Below are positions 5,619 to 15,946 of a DNA stretch of 64,000 nucleotides, piece by piece. The notes under the pieces are model-generated. The model searched no databases and was not told the DNA's origin. It saw only the letters and a list, made by a program, of their open reading frames with translations. Both the position numbers and the translations under genes were made by a program. The DNA lies in IMG/VR virus record IMGVR_UViG_3300008110_000030, positions 1-64,000 of that record; one strand, written 5' to 3'. Every line of letters starts with the position of its first letter. The first letter of the stretch is position 1.

Positions 5619-5647
5619 ATTGTATAGCACTTACTTGCAGTTGTCAA
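5619..5647 (-). promoter_or_regulatory. sigma70 promoter (tandem upstream promoter)
   Basis: TTGACA-17 nt-TACAAT. Confidence 0.75.
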
Positions 5648-5674
5648 GAACTTTTTTGTTGTATTTTTACAACA

Positions 5675-6268
5675 CTAGTCGTCTAACAACAAATTGAAGT
5701 CAACTGGGATCGCTAGACGAAATCTGTCATAGTAAGGGGTTACCCAATGATACAGAAAGCAAGGAAAAACTAGTAGGTCACCTGAGTTTGGTTGGTACTC
5801 AATAGACCTAAACATTGGTTGAATTTCTTGTGGATAGCCTCTATTGGCATTCACTCTAGGGTCATCAAAAACTATTGCCCCACCGTCTGCTTGATTGTCT
5901 GCTAATAGATAAAATACTGCTGATATGTGTGATCCAGAATGATTGTGTGTATTCATGTAGTATCCCTTTGAATATCCGGCAATCCAGCCACGAATACTAC
6001 TACCAGGATAATCTTTAATATCTAGTTTAAAAACTTCTTTTAAATATCTTGAAAATGCTGGAATCACCACGTCGTCTTTAAATTTTTGGATAATTTTGGA
6101 ATCAGTATCAAAAATGTTTTCTTGTCGAATATCACTAGGTGGATTTTCTAAATCATACATTGAAAATAACTCATTAATAACATTGCCCAATAATTCTTGA
6201 TCTTTGATTGTATCTTTAATTACAGTCGTAGGCCAAAGAGAATTAATTCCTTCATTTATCAAGATCAA
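5675..6268 (-). CDS. 2OG-Fe(II) oxygenase (TIGR02466-like)
   Basis: HNHSGSHISAVFYL...DPR...HWVTPY...R. Confidence 0.8.
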   Translation of the reverse strand: MILINEGINSLWPTTVIKDTIKDQELLGNVINELFSMYDLENPPSDIRQENIFDTDSKIIQKFKDDVVIPAFSRYLKEVFKLDIKDYPGSSIRGWIAGYSKGYYMNTHNHSGSHISAVFYLLADNQADGGAIVFDDPRVNANRGYPQEIQPMFRSIEYQPNSGDLLVFPCFLYHWVTPYYDRFRLAIPVDFNLLLDD

Positions 6269-6653
6269 ACTCCTTTAAGAAATACATTTTTATATCTGGG
6301 ACAATGCCAATATCTTCATTAAAATTAAAACCCACTGCGTTCAGTATCTTGTTGTATGTATCCTTATCCTGCTCGTAGGGAACATAATATGGATCATTGC
6401 CATGTAGCAAATCAGGATCATTAAGTGATTCATAGAAATCTTCATTAAAATGCTGATTAAGCCAACGAGCATAGCATATGGCAACTACATAACTTTTAGC
6501 AGGGTAAACCCAGCCTAGTTCGTTGGTTGTAAAATACTTGATAGCATTTTCTAAGATATCATCTTTTATTTCAACCGTGTGTAAACTTAAATCATCATCG
6601 TGATCAGTATTAAGCCTGTGAAATATCTCTTGACGTATTTTCCATTCTTTCAT
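6252..6653 (-). CDS. Hypothetical protein in the radical SAM cluster
   Basis: Overlaps both neighbours; PAKSYVVAICYARWL motif. Confidence 0.75.
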   Translation of the reverse strand: MKEWKIRQEIFHRLNTDHDDDLSLHTVEIKDDILENAIKYFTTNELGWVYPAKSYVVAICYARWLNQHFNEDFYESLNDPDLLHGNDPYYVPYEQDKDTYNKILNAVGFNFNEDIGIVPDIKMYFLKEFDLDK

Positions 6654-7551
6654 AATATTCTAATAATCCTCTATAGCCGTTACAACTATTATTTAGATCC
6701 TTGACGTATCTATAATGCTCAGTTAGGCAGTGACCTTTAAACGGGCAACTTTGGCATATTGGGCTTAAACTTTTCTTTTCCTTTTCTGCCCATGTGATGT
6801 AATCGTCAAAGCTATCTAATTCTAAAAAATACTCGTTGTCATTAAGATCAAATTCTAAAACAGCAAATTTTCCGTTAGGAGTAATGTACACATGGTCATC
6901 ACTAAAACTGTTGTATATTTTATCTAAACTATCTTGTATATGATATTCATTAATAAACTCAAACTTTTTATCCACTGGACTCTCTAGCCATTTGATAACA
7001 AAGTTTTCAAAATCTCTGTGTGACACACTATGACAATTAGCTTGGTTGGTACTGTATGGTTTGATCTCAACACTGGTAATAGCAGTACACATGTTTAGTT
7101 CATTGATCATTTCATCAACATCAAGTCCAAGAACATCCTTACTGGCAAGTACCAATACTGATAGATTCTTTCTTGACTGCAACATATTATTGAATACCTG
7201 TCTACTCTTCTCCCTAGCAGTAAAATCATAACTAACACTTAGCGAGATGTCATCATCAAAAAACCAGTCGTGTATCATACTATAATTAGTGATAATGTTT
7301 ATGGCACCTGTATAATATTTTTTAATAACACGTTTGAGATCAAAAAACTCTTCACGTTTTAATACACCAATCTCTCCACCATACAAATCAACATGATCAA
7401 TTTTGGTATGTGTGACTATTTCTAACAGTTTTTCTTCTAGTTGTTTAGATGTAATGGTTTTTCTATCTTTAAGCTGATCTTTTGTCAAATAACAGAAGTT
7501 GCAACTAAAATTACAATAATAAGAAGGGTTAATGGATATGTTAATACTCAT
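6610..7551 (-). CDS. Radical SAM protein with C-terminal SPASM/twitch-type Cys cluster
   Basis: CNFSCNFC; LYGGEI; CQSCPFKGHC...C. Confidence 0.88.
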   Translation of the reverse strand: MSINISINPSYYCNFSCNFCYLTKDQLKDRKTITSKQLEEKLLEIVTHTKIDHVDLYGGEIGVLKREEFFDLKRVIKKYYTGAINIITNYSMIHDWFFDDDISLSVSYDFTAREKSRQVFNNMLQSRKNLSVLVLASKDVLGLDVDEMINELNMCTAITSVEIKPYSTNQANCHSVSHRDFENFVIKWLESPVDKKFEFINEYHIQDSLDKIYNSFSDDHVYITPNGKFAVLEFDLNDNEYFLELDSFDDYITWAEKEKKSLSPICQSCPFKGHCLTEHYRYVKDLNNSCNGYRGLLEYYERMENTSRDISQA

Positions 7552-8024
7552 GACAAATACTTTTTTAATTTTTTTAAACGGGACGTAGTTCGTTTAATGA
7601 AGTAACTTCTAACAAGCCAAGAATTATTGAAAGGAAAGGTGAATTGATTAGGATTATATACCCAAATCATAACACATTTATAATCTGTATATTGGCGAAG
7701 AAATAATTTATTAATCTCTTCAATGCCAAAATGATCAAAAGAGTGATCTATAGTTGATATAATTCTTAACTGACTTAGATCAAACATTAACTTTTTAGCT
7801 GAAGTTGATGAGTCCACTACCACAACAACATTGGCAACTGGATATTCACCGTGTGTCCCTTGACAACTGGAAATAGTCAAATATCCCAATTCTAATAATA
7901 CCTGCACTGTCTCTTTGATGCCGTCTTCTATTTCATCATAAAAATTAGCAAAATAAGGACTAACAACGATGTTGACACCATCGTCTATTTTGATTGATCC
8001 ATCACTATGTCGTTTATTGTACAT
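7548..8024 (-). CDS. Hypothetical protein, weak TYW3-like TISSCQG motif
   Basis: IEDGIKETVQVLLELGYLTISSCQG; translationally coupled to neighbours. Confidence 0.65.
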   Translation of the reverse strand: MYNKRHSDGSIKIDDGVNIVVSPYFANFYDEIEDGIKETVQVLLELGYLTISSCQGTHGEYPVANVVVVVDSSTSAKKLMFDLSQLRIISTIDHSFDHFGIEEINKLFLRQYTDYKCVMIWVYNPNQFTFPFNNSWLVRSYFIKRTTSRLKKLKKYLS

Positions 8025-9087
8025 CTTCGTTAATATACTCGGTGGCGAACATTTTATCAGTCATGCCATTGGCTTCTATAATAGAAGGCGCGAGTGCCTT
8101 CATGCGCACACAATGTGACTCTACTAGGTTAAAATCTTTTAGGTCTTTAATAGTTTTGCGACATCCATTACAAATTTCAAACATTGGACAAGTGTAGCAT
8201 GCCTGTTTTAAACTTTGTAATTCAGGCTGTACTTGTAAAGGGAAAACTTTTTTGCCTTTCATCTCTTCATCAAAATTGATTGAGTACAGTCTGTCATCAC
8301 CAAATGATCCGCAACTGTAATAATCCCCACTTGGCTGTAGTGTTCTAATACCAGCATCACATTTACGATTTTGTGGACATGACGTTGCACTGCCTCGTAA
8401 TCGTTGAACCATTTGTTTGGTATTGTATTCCCAATCAGTCAATCCAAGTTCCCAAATCTTAACATAAATTTCGTAAATCTTTGCCAACATATAAGGTTTG
8501 CCTTCTTGGCCCATTACTATGTTTTTAAATTTAACAGGAGGCCCGCTACTGAATGCGTAATTTAATTTACACTCAACATTCATTTTTTTAGCAAGTTCAA
8601 CGTTCTTAATTGCTAGGTGTTCATTTTCTTCTGAAATAACACTAATAAAATCTGGACGATAGCCAACGTGCTCTAACATAGCATCACTTACGGCCCAAAA
8701 GTCTTCCTCACTAAACTCTGTTAGGTCACCTTTTAGTCTTCCTCCACCATATTGAAAACTTGTAGTAATGCCCATGCGTTCGTGATTGAACAACTCTTTC
8801 CACTTGTTAGGGTTCTTATAAAATGGCCAAAGGTTAGATGTAAAACTTATAGTAGCACTAGACTCAATAGATTCTAAATGTTCAATAATTTTCCAATAAT
8901 AACTAGGATCCATCATTAATGGATCGCCACCATTAACAATGATAGTTTTTGTTTCTGGATATCGTTTTAAAAAGGTATAGACATATTCCAAATCTAATTC
9001 TAAAGATTTGTCTTCAGTAATATGAGTACTGCTACAGAACGTGCATTTAAAATTACATCGCTCTGTTGGTTTAATTATTAAATCCAT
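8014..9087 (-). CDS. Radical SAM/SPASM maturase (anaerobic sulfatase-maturase-like)
   Basis: IIKPTERCNFKCTFC; GGDPL; YYSCG; CYTCPMFEICNGC. Confidence 0.9.
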   Translation of the reverse strand: MDLIIKPTERCNFKCTFCSSTHITEDKSLELDLEYVYTFLKRYPETKTIIVNGGDPLMMDPSYYWKIIEHLESIESSATISFTSNLWPFYKNPNKWKELFNHERMGITTSFQYGGGRLKGDLTEFSEEDFWAVSDAMLEHVGYRPDFISVISEENEHLAIKNVELAKKMNVECKLNYAFSSGPPVKFKNIVMGQEGKPYMLAKIYEIYVKIWELGLTDWEYNTKQMVQRLRGSATSCPQNRKCDAGIRTLQPSGDYYSCGSFGDDRLYSINFDEEMKGKKVFPLQVQPELQSLKQACYTCPMFEICNGCRKTIKDLKDFNLVESHCVRMKALAPSIIEANGMTDKMFATEYINEDVQ

Positions 9088-9088
9088 G

Positions 9089-9382
9089 TTATTTTGACAA
9101 AGGACTGCCTACTTCTAAATTCCCATCGCCTCGTTCTAAACCATTTATTTGACGTATTACATCCATAATTAGATGTTTATACTTTTGTGTAGGACCTTCA
9201 AGTTCTTTAATTTTGGAATCCCAGTAGTCTCTTTTTTCTGGGATCTCCATATCTCGAACACAATTGTTAGCATACACCAAATATTCTTGACAATATATTT
9301 CACGTTGTGCTTCGTACTTTTCTTTTAAAGAAACAAGCTCTTCTGGACTAAGGGTGTCTAAATCTACTCCATGATCAATCAT
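9089..9382 (-). CDS. Hypothetical coiled-coil protein
   Basis: ORF packed within the operon. Confidence 0.65.
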   Translation of the reverse strand: MIDHGVDLDTLSPEELVSLKEKYEAQREIYCQEYLVYANNCVRDMEIPEKRDYWDSKIKELEGPTQKYKHLIMDVIRQINGLERGDGNLEVGSPLSK

Positions 9383-10995
9383 GTTATTCTCCTAAATAAT
9401 TCTGTGTATATTTCTAAATGATTTCTTTCAATAAACTCTGAAATAACTTCATTTCTTTCTCTACCGTTAATTCTCTTAATATTTCTAGCAGTTGTCTTAC
9501 TATTTAAAATATCATAGATGTCATCATATATTATTTTAAATCCGTTAAGTCCTGTAGAAATATCCCAACACATTTTGGTAAATTTCACTACATCAATATG
9601 TGCTTCAACTGCGTCATAATATTTGCCAATAAAGATATTACCTGCTATATTCATAAAAAACATCTCGCAAGCATCATCTATTGAATAAGAATAACAGTGT
9701 GAAATAGTTTTAAAGTGACTCTGACGATTAGAGTATAGCTCTCCCACTTTTACTTCCAACTCGTCAACATTATCAGTATACACGTTTACTAACTCAATGT
9801 CATATAATTTACAATAATCTGGATCATTGGCTGCACTATCTGGTAACACCATATAATCATAGCGCCAAGTTCCATTGTGTGCTTCTAATGTATAGATAAT
9901 TTCCCATTCGGCATAAAAATCTTCTAAGGTACTGCCAGGCATTCCTCGGATCAGTTCTAAAAAAGTTTTGTAACTGTATTTGTCACATTGTGTTTTGATG
10001 TGCTTACCTAACGCAATCTTGTCAGCAACTGACAAGTCTGTTCTCTTGGCCACTTTCATGGCTTCATCACTAATGCTTTGTATTCCAACATTTGGAATCA
10101 ACACTGAGCGTTGAGATTCATAGGGTTTGACTACATCAAACAATCTGTCAATTAGACGTATACGTTTTTTTAAATCTTTAGTTTTTGCTAGACTAGAATC
10201 AACAATGGCTACTCCATTTTCTTTTGCAAATTTTAATATATTAATGTCTCTGTCTTCAAACACACCAAAATTAGCATCAGCACAAACTACTTCTTTGTAT
10301 CCTGCTTGAGACAATGCTAGTAAATCATCATGTACCACTTCAACATCTTTTTTAATAATTTTTGTACCAATGCCGCCACCCCACTCACAAAATACACATG
10401 CAAATGGACAACCACGTGTGGTCTCGATTATAACATAAGGACGCATGTCATTGTCTTCTGCATATTTTTTAAGTTTTGATAGATAATCAAAATTTTGTCT
10501 GTATGCAGATGTCTTGGGAAATACCCAAGGCTTCTTTTTATAACTTCTTACTTCAAAACTAATATCTTCAATAACAGGCTTTTGATTATTTTTAAACCAG
10601 CTGTCAATGAAATCTTCCATAAACAGTTCGCCTGGACATGTAACCTTGCAAAAATAATCATACATTGGTCGTTTGTGTATTTCTTTCTCGCCAAGATGAG
10701 GACCACCAACTACAGTTATTGTTTTTGGGCTAATTTTTTTAACATACGTTGCAAGTTCATCTACTATATGATAATTCCAAATGTAAGAACTAAACATAAT
10801 GACATCAGCAGTTTTCACTTCTTCATAGATATCTTGAATAGTCTTGTATTTGTTGAATTTATATGGTGGTTCCATCCATTCAACTTGATCTTTATGTTGG
10901 CCCACTTCATCATAGTATGTTTTCATAAACATCCATGTAGCAGGATTTGACATTGAAGAATCAATTTGCGGAGGATTCACATAAGCAATACGCAT
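9379..10995 (-). CDS. Cobalamin-binding-domain radical SAM protein (class B type)
   Basis: FSSYIWN and VVGGPH (B12-binding domain); ETTRGCPFACVFCEWG; GIQS; GMPG. Confidence 0.88.
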   Translation of the reverse strand: MRIAYVNPPQIDSSMSNPATWMFMKTYYDEVGQHKDQVEWMEPPYKFNKYKTIQDIYEEVKTADVIMFSSYIWNYHIVDELATYVKKISPKTITVVGGPHLGEKEIHKRPMYDYFCKVTCPGELFMEDFIDSWFKNNQKPVIEDISFEVRSYKKKPWVFPKTSAYRQNFDYLSKLKKYAEDNDMRPYVIIETTRGCPFACVFCEWGGGIGTKIIKKDVEVVHDDLLALSQAGYKEVVCADANFGVFEDRDINILKFAKENGVAIVDSSLAKTKDLKKRIRLIDRLFDVVKPYESQRSVLIPNVGIQSISDEAMKVAKRTDLSVADKIALGKHIKTQCDKYSYKTFLELIRGMPGSTLEDFYAEWEIIYTLEAHNGTWRYDYMVLPDSAANDPDYCKLYDIELVNVYTDNVDELEVKVGELYSNRQSHFKTISHCYSYSIDDACEMFFMNIAGNIFIGKYYDAVEAHIDVVKFTKMCWDISTGLNGFKIIYDDIYDILNSKTTARNIKRINGRERNEVISEFIERNHLEIYTELFRRIT

Positions 10996-11606
10996 TACGA
11001 GTCTCTTACAGTTTTATCTAATACTATATTGTCGCCTAAATATAAATCAATTGGCATAGCAATACGCAGTCTAGATGTGTACCCTTGGACATGATGAAAA
11101 GTGTAGCTGGGAAATATTAGATAATCTCCTGTGCTTGGCATGTGAATCTCAGTATTAAAAAACTTTTGAAAATGATCATCATAGCCTCTATGACTGTTTC
11201 CTCTAGGATCAGTAAACACTATCTCTCCGCCTTGGGCATTATTCTCTGCCATTAGATAATATACTGATCCAATTTGGGATCCGCTATGGCTGTGAGATAC
11301 CATGCCTAGTCCATCTTTGTAACTGGCAATCCAGCTTCTTAGTCTATAGTTAGGATAGTTTTCAAGTGATGTTTCATACACCTTATTCAAATATTCTTCA
11401 AAGTTAGGTATAACAACTTCTTCCCTAAATTTAGTGATAGTTTTATCACTATCATAAATCATATCAACCCAGCCAAGATCGTTTGGGCCTACGTTCAAAT
11501 CATACGTTGAAATAATTTTATCTGCCAAGTCGTTTATTAACGTAGCATTGTCAACATTGCCTACTTGTATAAATGTAGGCCAACAAATGTTTAGGCCCTT
11601 GTTCAT
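10995..11606 (-). CDS. 2OG-Fe(II) oxygenase (TIGR02466-like)
   Basis: HSHSGSQIGSVYYL...DPR...HHV...R. Confidence 0.8.
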   Translation of the reverse strand: MNKGLNICWPTFIQVGNVDNATLINDLADKIISTYDLNVGPNDLGWVDMIYDSDKTITKFREEVVIPNFEEYLNKVYETSLENYPNYRLRSWIASYKDGLGMVSHSHSGSQIGSVYYLMAENNAQGGEIVFTDPRGNSHRGYDDHFQKFFNTEIHMPSTGDYLIFPSYTFHHVQGYTSRLRIAMPIDLYLGDNIVLDKTVRDS

Positions 11607-13234
11607 TTTATTCTTCCAAATAGTTCATTCATTATGAGCAGTTTGTTACTTGCAACCCATCGTGGAATAGCTTCAGTTCTAACTACCCCATTTATAGTGT
11701 TAATATTTCTAGCTGGGGTGTCTGGATTCAGTATATCTTTTACTTCAGCATATATCTCATCAAAGCCATCTACTGTTTTAAGAATTTCCCAACAGTGTTT
11801 GGCAAACTGTGAAACTGTTACTGAATCTTTAAAAAGATCATACATCTCACGTATCAAATTATTACCTGCAAAATTCATAAAAAACATTTCAGCGACGTCT
11901 TCTCTTGAAAAAGAATAGCTACTAGCAACTGTCTTATAGAATGTTCTACGATTTTTAAATAATCCGCCAGTGTTGGCAATGTCTTGTTCATCTACATTAT
12001 CAGTGTAGACATCGACTAATTCAATAGCATAAATTTCTTGATAAACTGGATCGCTGATCTCACTATCAGGTAATGCCATTAAGTCATACCGCCAACTAGA
12101 CCATGCGCCTAAATCATAAAATAGTTCCCACTCGGCATAAAAATCTTCTAAGGTACTCCCAGGCATGGCCATAATCAGTTCCATGCCTGGATGGTAATCA
12201 TATTTGGCGCACAAGTCACGCATGTACTTGCCTAGTTTAATTTTGTCTGATACTTTCATATCAGTCCGCTTGGCCACTTTCATAGCTTCATCACTAATAC
12301 TTTGTATACTAATGTTAGGAACTATGGCAGCTCTATCTTTTCGTCCAAAAGGCTGTATGATTTCAAAGAAGCTATCAACTAGTCTTTTTCTTCTTTCGTA
12401 ATCTTTTGTTTTAACTTGGCTTATATCAATAAAGGTTAGTCCTGCGTCCTTGGCAAACTTTAGAAGTCCTAAATCACGTTCTTCAAAAACCCCAAAATTA
12501 GCGTCAGCACAGATTGCTTCAGTAAACCCTGCTTCTACAATAGCAACACAATCTCGTTGTGCCCACTCTACTTCTTTTTTAATAATCTTGCCACCAATAC
12601 CACCACCCCACTCACAGTAGGTACAACTAAACGGACAGCCTCTGGTAGTTTCAATAACCATCATCAGTTCCATTTCATTTTCTATACCATAGGCACTGAT
12701 CTTTTTTAGATAGTCTAAATTTTCTTCATACGCACTTGCTAGAGGAAACTCCCAACGCTGTTGTTTAGTAGAGCGCACTTCGTAAGTTATATCACTTGCA
12801 TCAAGTTTATTTTCAATAAACAGATCTAGAACGTCCTTAACAAAGAACTCTCCTGGAAACATAGGACGTAATATATAATCGTACATACTACGTTTGATCC
12901 ACAGTGCAGGATCCTTTGCCCCAATCATTGGACCGCCCAACAAATTTATTACAGACGGGTTCTGTTGTTTAGCGTATTGTGCTATTTGATCAACTAGGTC
13001 ATAATTCCAAACATAACTGCTGAACATTATGATATCAGCATCTTTTATCAGTTCATATATTTCTTCAATGCTTTGGTATTCGTTGTACTTGTAAGGAGGC
13101 TCTAACCACTCTACTTGATCAGAGTATTTTCCATTATGTTGGTAGAAACTCTTGCATAGCATCCATGTGACTGGGTTGATTAAACTCCAGTCGGCATGTG
13201 GCGGATTGATAAACGCTATTTTGATTCTTTTCAT
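11603..13234 (-). CDS. Cobalamin-binding-domain radical SAM protein, paralog of 9379
   Basis: FSSYVWN, LLGGPM, ETTRGCPFSCTYCEWG. Confidence 0.88.
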   Translation of the reverse strand: MKRIKIAFINPPHADWSLINPVTWMLCKSFYQHNGKYSDQVEWLEPPYKYNEYQSIEEIYELIKDADIIMFSSYVWNYDLVDQIAQYAKQQNPSVINLLGGPMIGAKDPALWIKRSMYDYILRPMFPGEFFVKDVLDLFIENKLDASDITYEVRSTKQQRWEFPLASAYEENLDYLKKISAYGIENEMELMMVIETTRGCPFSCTYCEWGGGIGGKIIKKEVEWAQRDCVAIVEAGFTEAICADANFGVFEERDLGLLKFAKDAGLTFIDISQVKTKDYERRKRLVDSFFEIIQPFGRKDRAAIVPNISIQSISDEAMKVAKRTDMKVSDKIKLGKYMRDLCAKYDYHPGMELIMAMPGSTLEDFYAEWELFYDLGAWSSWRYDLMALPDSEISDPVYQEIYAIELVDVYTDNVDEQDIANTGGLFKNRRTFYKTVASSYSFSREDVAEMFFMNFAGNNLIREMYDLFKDSVTVSQFAKHCWEILKTVDGFDEIYAEVKDILNPDTPARNINTINGVVRTEAIPRWVASNKLLIMNELFGRIK

Positions 13235-13244
13235 AGATTACACT

Positions 13245-13273
13245 ATTATACAACATAAAGTTAACAATTACAA
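13245..13273 (-). promoter_or_regulatory. Internal sigma70-like promoter before the B12 radical SAM pair
   Basis: TTGTAA-17 nt-TATAAT with TG in the spacer. Confidence 0.5.
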
Positions 13274-13783
13274 GCCTTCTACATTATAAGTGAAACTGGC
13301 AAGTCTTCTTGTGATTTTGCTTTTACTGGCTCTGTGAAAAAAGCCAGGAGTTTGATTTAACAACATCAAGTCACCCTTTTTAGGATAGTACGTGTCAATA
13401 TTGCCTTCCCCAGGCCACTTAAATTGCACTTCACCTCCAGTTGCAGGATGCTGATCATCAAAGTAAAATAAGAAGAAGATATTACCACCTTCAAATCCAT
13501 CGTTGTGCCAAATACTGCTGTCAGCATCTACGCCTTCAGCAATAACGTAATTCATAAAAGTATTCTTTGGAAATGCCTGATTAATATATTTTTCAGTTAT
13601 ATATACCTTGGCTGCTTCCATTTGCAACATCACTTCTTTAGGTAAGTCGTCTTTAAAATTATCACGTAATCGTTCTTCATGATAGTGGAATTCTACACTA
13701 TCAATATCAATCATGTTGGCTAATTCTTCTTCTCTAAAATAAGCATACCCTTTGGTAAGTAAATCATTTTTCCAATCTAACAT
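13268..13783 (-). CDS. 2OG-Fe(II) oxygenase (prolyl-hydroxylase-like)
   Basis: WHND...GGE...FHRA...R. Confidence 0.75.
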   Translation of the reverse strand: MLDWKNDLLTKGYAYFREEELANMIDIDSVEFHYHEERLRDNFKDDLPKEVMLQMEAAKVYITEKYINQAFPKNTFMNYVIAEGVDADSSIWHNDGFEGGNIFFLFYFDDQHPATGGEVQFKWPGEGNIDTYYPKKGDLMLLNQTPGFFHRASKSKITRRLASFTYNVEGL

Positions 13784-13784
13784 C

Positions 13785-14807
13785 TTATTTCTCCAGTTTC
13801 ATTTGTACGTATTTAAACGACTTCTTAAAAACACATTCATCTAAATCTCTAGTTAATTCTTTATAATCACTGCTAATGAAACAACTGAACCCACATTTTT
13901 GATAAAATTCGCAAGTAAAGCAGTTGCGTTCTTTCATAAAGTTTTGAATAATAACTGTACCCTCTAAATTAGATGTGACGTTATTTTTCATCAACACACT
14001 TCCTGAGCACCCTTTAGGTGAAGTGTTATCGTACATAATAGTAAAACTACTACCACGTGTACAAGCCATCTTGTTATTAGGAGCAGTACCTAAGAATGAT
14101 TCTACGTTCATAGTCTCAGGATACTTATCAATCAATATTTTATAAAATTCGTATAACTCTGATTCTTTTGGCATCATTACTTTAAGAGCATTGTGTCCAG
14201 GTAATAAATGATCCCATGTCATAGTAAAATTATTATACAAATAATCGTGGTAGTCGTCACCCTTTAAAAGATTGGCAATATTTTGTTTAGTGATTACTAA
14301 ACTGATAAGTTTAACATAGGGTTTAAACAGTTCAATATTTTGTTTAAATATTTCAAATTGTACAGGATTAAATCTACCAGCTAGATCATAACTAACGCTC
14401 ATGGTCAAGTCGTATTTTTGACAAAACTGTATGACTTGGTCCATTCTGTCATTAACTAAATTTGTAACAAAGTTAAAAATTAAAACTTTATCCTTAGGAA
14501 CCTTATTGCGAACTTGCTCTATAAATTCGCTGTAATACTCAATGAACCCTTGATCAATTAGCTCGTCTTGAAATAGTTCTCCACCCATAATGTGAAGATG
14601 AAATTCTTTATTTTTGCTATTTGCAATCCAATTACATATTGGATCAACTTTCTTTAGAATTTCCTCTCGACTCAACCCAACACGACTATTGTGATCCTGT
14701 GGACAGAATACACAACTCATGTTACAGTGTTCAAAGAAATTAACCACAATTTCAGACCAGTCAATTACTTTGTCCTTTATTACGCCGTAAAAAAATTCAT
14801 CACTCAT
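13785..14807 (-). CDS. Radical SAM protein with C-terminal Cys cluster
   Basis: CNMSCVFC; MGGELF; CFTCEFYQKCGFSC. Confidence 0.87.
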   Translation of the reverse strand: MSDEFFYGVIKDKVIDWSEIVVNFFEHCNMSCVFCPQDHNSRVGLSREEILKKVDPICNWIANSKNKEFHLHIMGGELFQDELIDQGFIEYYSEFIEQVRNKVPKDKVLIFNFVTNLVNDRMDQVIQFCQKYDLTMSVSYDLAGRFNPVQFEIFKQNIELFKPYVKLISLVITKQNIANLLKGDDYHDYLYNNFTMTWDHLLPGHNALKVMMPKESELYEFYKILIDKYPETMNVESFLGTAPNNKMACTRGSSFTIMYDNTSPKGCSGSVLMKNNVTSNLEGTVIIQNFMKERNCFTCEFYQKCGFSCFISSDYKELTRDLDECVFKKSFKYVQMKLEK

Positions 14808-15946
14808 GCGAACACCATTTGTTTTAATCTAGGATCGTTATTATTTTTTAACTCATAAACAAGTTGAAGAATATAATTGTTCCACTTTTGTACGTGTGTT
14901 AGTATATCAAATACAATACTAACATTGTCTTTTTCAAAATCTTTCTTTAGTATGCTGTTTATTTGTTCAGAAGTCATGTTGTCACGATTTTGGATCAGTG
15001 ATCTTAAGGTATCAAAAACAAAATGAGCATGGTTACTTTCAAAATAGTCTTCATCTAGCAGTCTTATTTTGTCATCGATCTGAATATCCTTGAACCAAAA
15101 TTCTTGTAGAAATTTTCCAAGTTCTAATATTTCGTCAATGTGTGCTAAAAAATAAGCACTATCCCTAGTTATAAATTTTAATTCATTATCAAACATCCAA
15201 TATAACTTTGGATGAGCTCTAAGTTTTTCCCTCCAACAATCGTCGTCCCAAGCGATATCTAATTTAAATGCTTCTTTGACATTTGCTTGCATGAAGTACT
15301 TGATAAAATAAAAGTACCATTCACTGACTTCCATTGCTAGTGCTTTTGACAGGACATAGATATATTTGTCTTTAAACACTTCAATATGACTTTCGTCATT
15401 GAAGAAGTTTGCAAGATGCCATTCAATACTAAAGCCTTCAATATGTTGTTTGACCCATTGTTGACGTACTATGTTATCACTCCACGGAGTTAACTGATTA
15501 AATAGCTCAATGAAATCTTTTTTGTTTAGAAACTCTATATCAAGTATGCTAGTCTTATTAAAATCCATGAAGCTACTGTTTAATACTATAGCAGGGAAAT
15601 GTAATTTTGACCTTTGCACTGATGCATTATAACAACAAAATGCCAAGTTAGCATCCATGTTAGGGAATATTGTCTTGATCCAATTTATAAAGACAATGTT
15701 GAATGCATCCATATCAACATAAAAGTTGAGTTTACTTTCATGTTCTAAACTGCATAGCAGTGAATGCCAATCTTTGTAAGCTCCGTTTACTCCCACTAAA
15801 TCTGTATAAGTCGTTGCTTGGTGCTTAATTGGATTTAGTGTAGACTTTTGCGCAACATTGGGGTTTTTACTAATAATGATTCTTTTTTTAGAATTATTAA
15901 CTAGATAGTCTGGGGAAACATATACCTTATTGAACAGATGTAACAT
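14804..15946 (-). CDS. Orphan protein, MLHLF-family paralog 1
   Basis: N-terminus MLHLFNKVYV shared with 16488 and 17478. Confidence 0.75.
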   Translation of the reverse strand: MLHLFNKVYVSPDYLVNNSKKRIIISKNPNVAQKSTLNPIKHQATTYTDLVGVNGAYKDWHSLLCSLEHESKLNFYVDMDAFNIVFINWIKTIFPNMDANLAFCCYNASVQRSKLHFPAIVLNSSFMDFNKTSILDIEFLNKKDFIELFNQLTPWSDNIVRQQWVKQHIEGFSIEWHLANFFNDESHIEVFKDKYIYVLSKALAMEVSEWYFYFIKYFMQANVKEAFKLDIAWDDDCWREKLRAHPKLYWMFDNELKFITRDSAYFLAHIDEILELGKFLQEFWFKDIQIDDKIRLLDEDYFESNHAHFVFDTLRSLIQNRDNMTSEQINSILKKDFEKDNVSIVFDILTHVQKWNNYILQLVYELKNNNDPRLKQMVFA

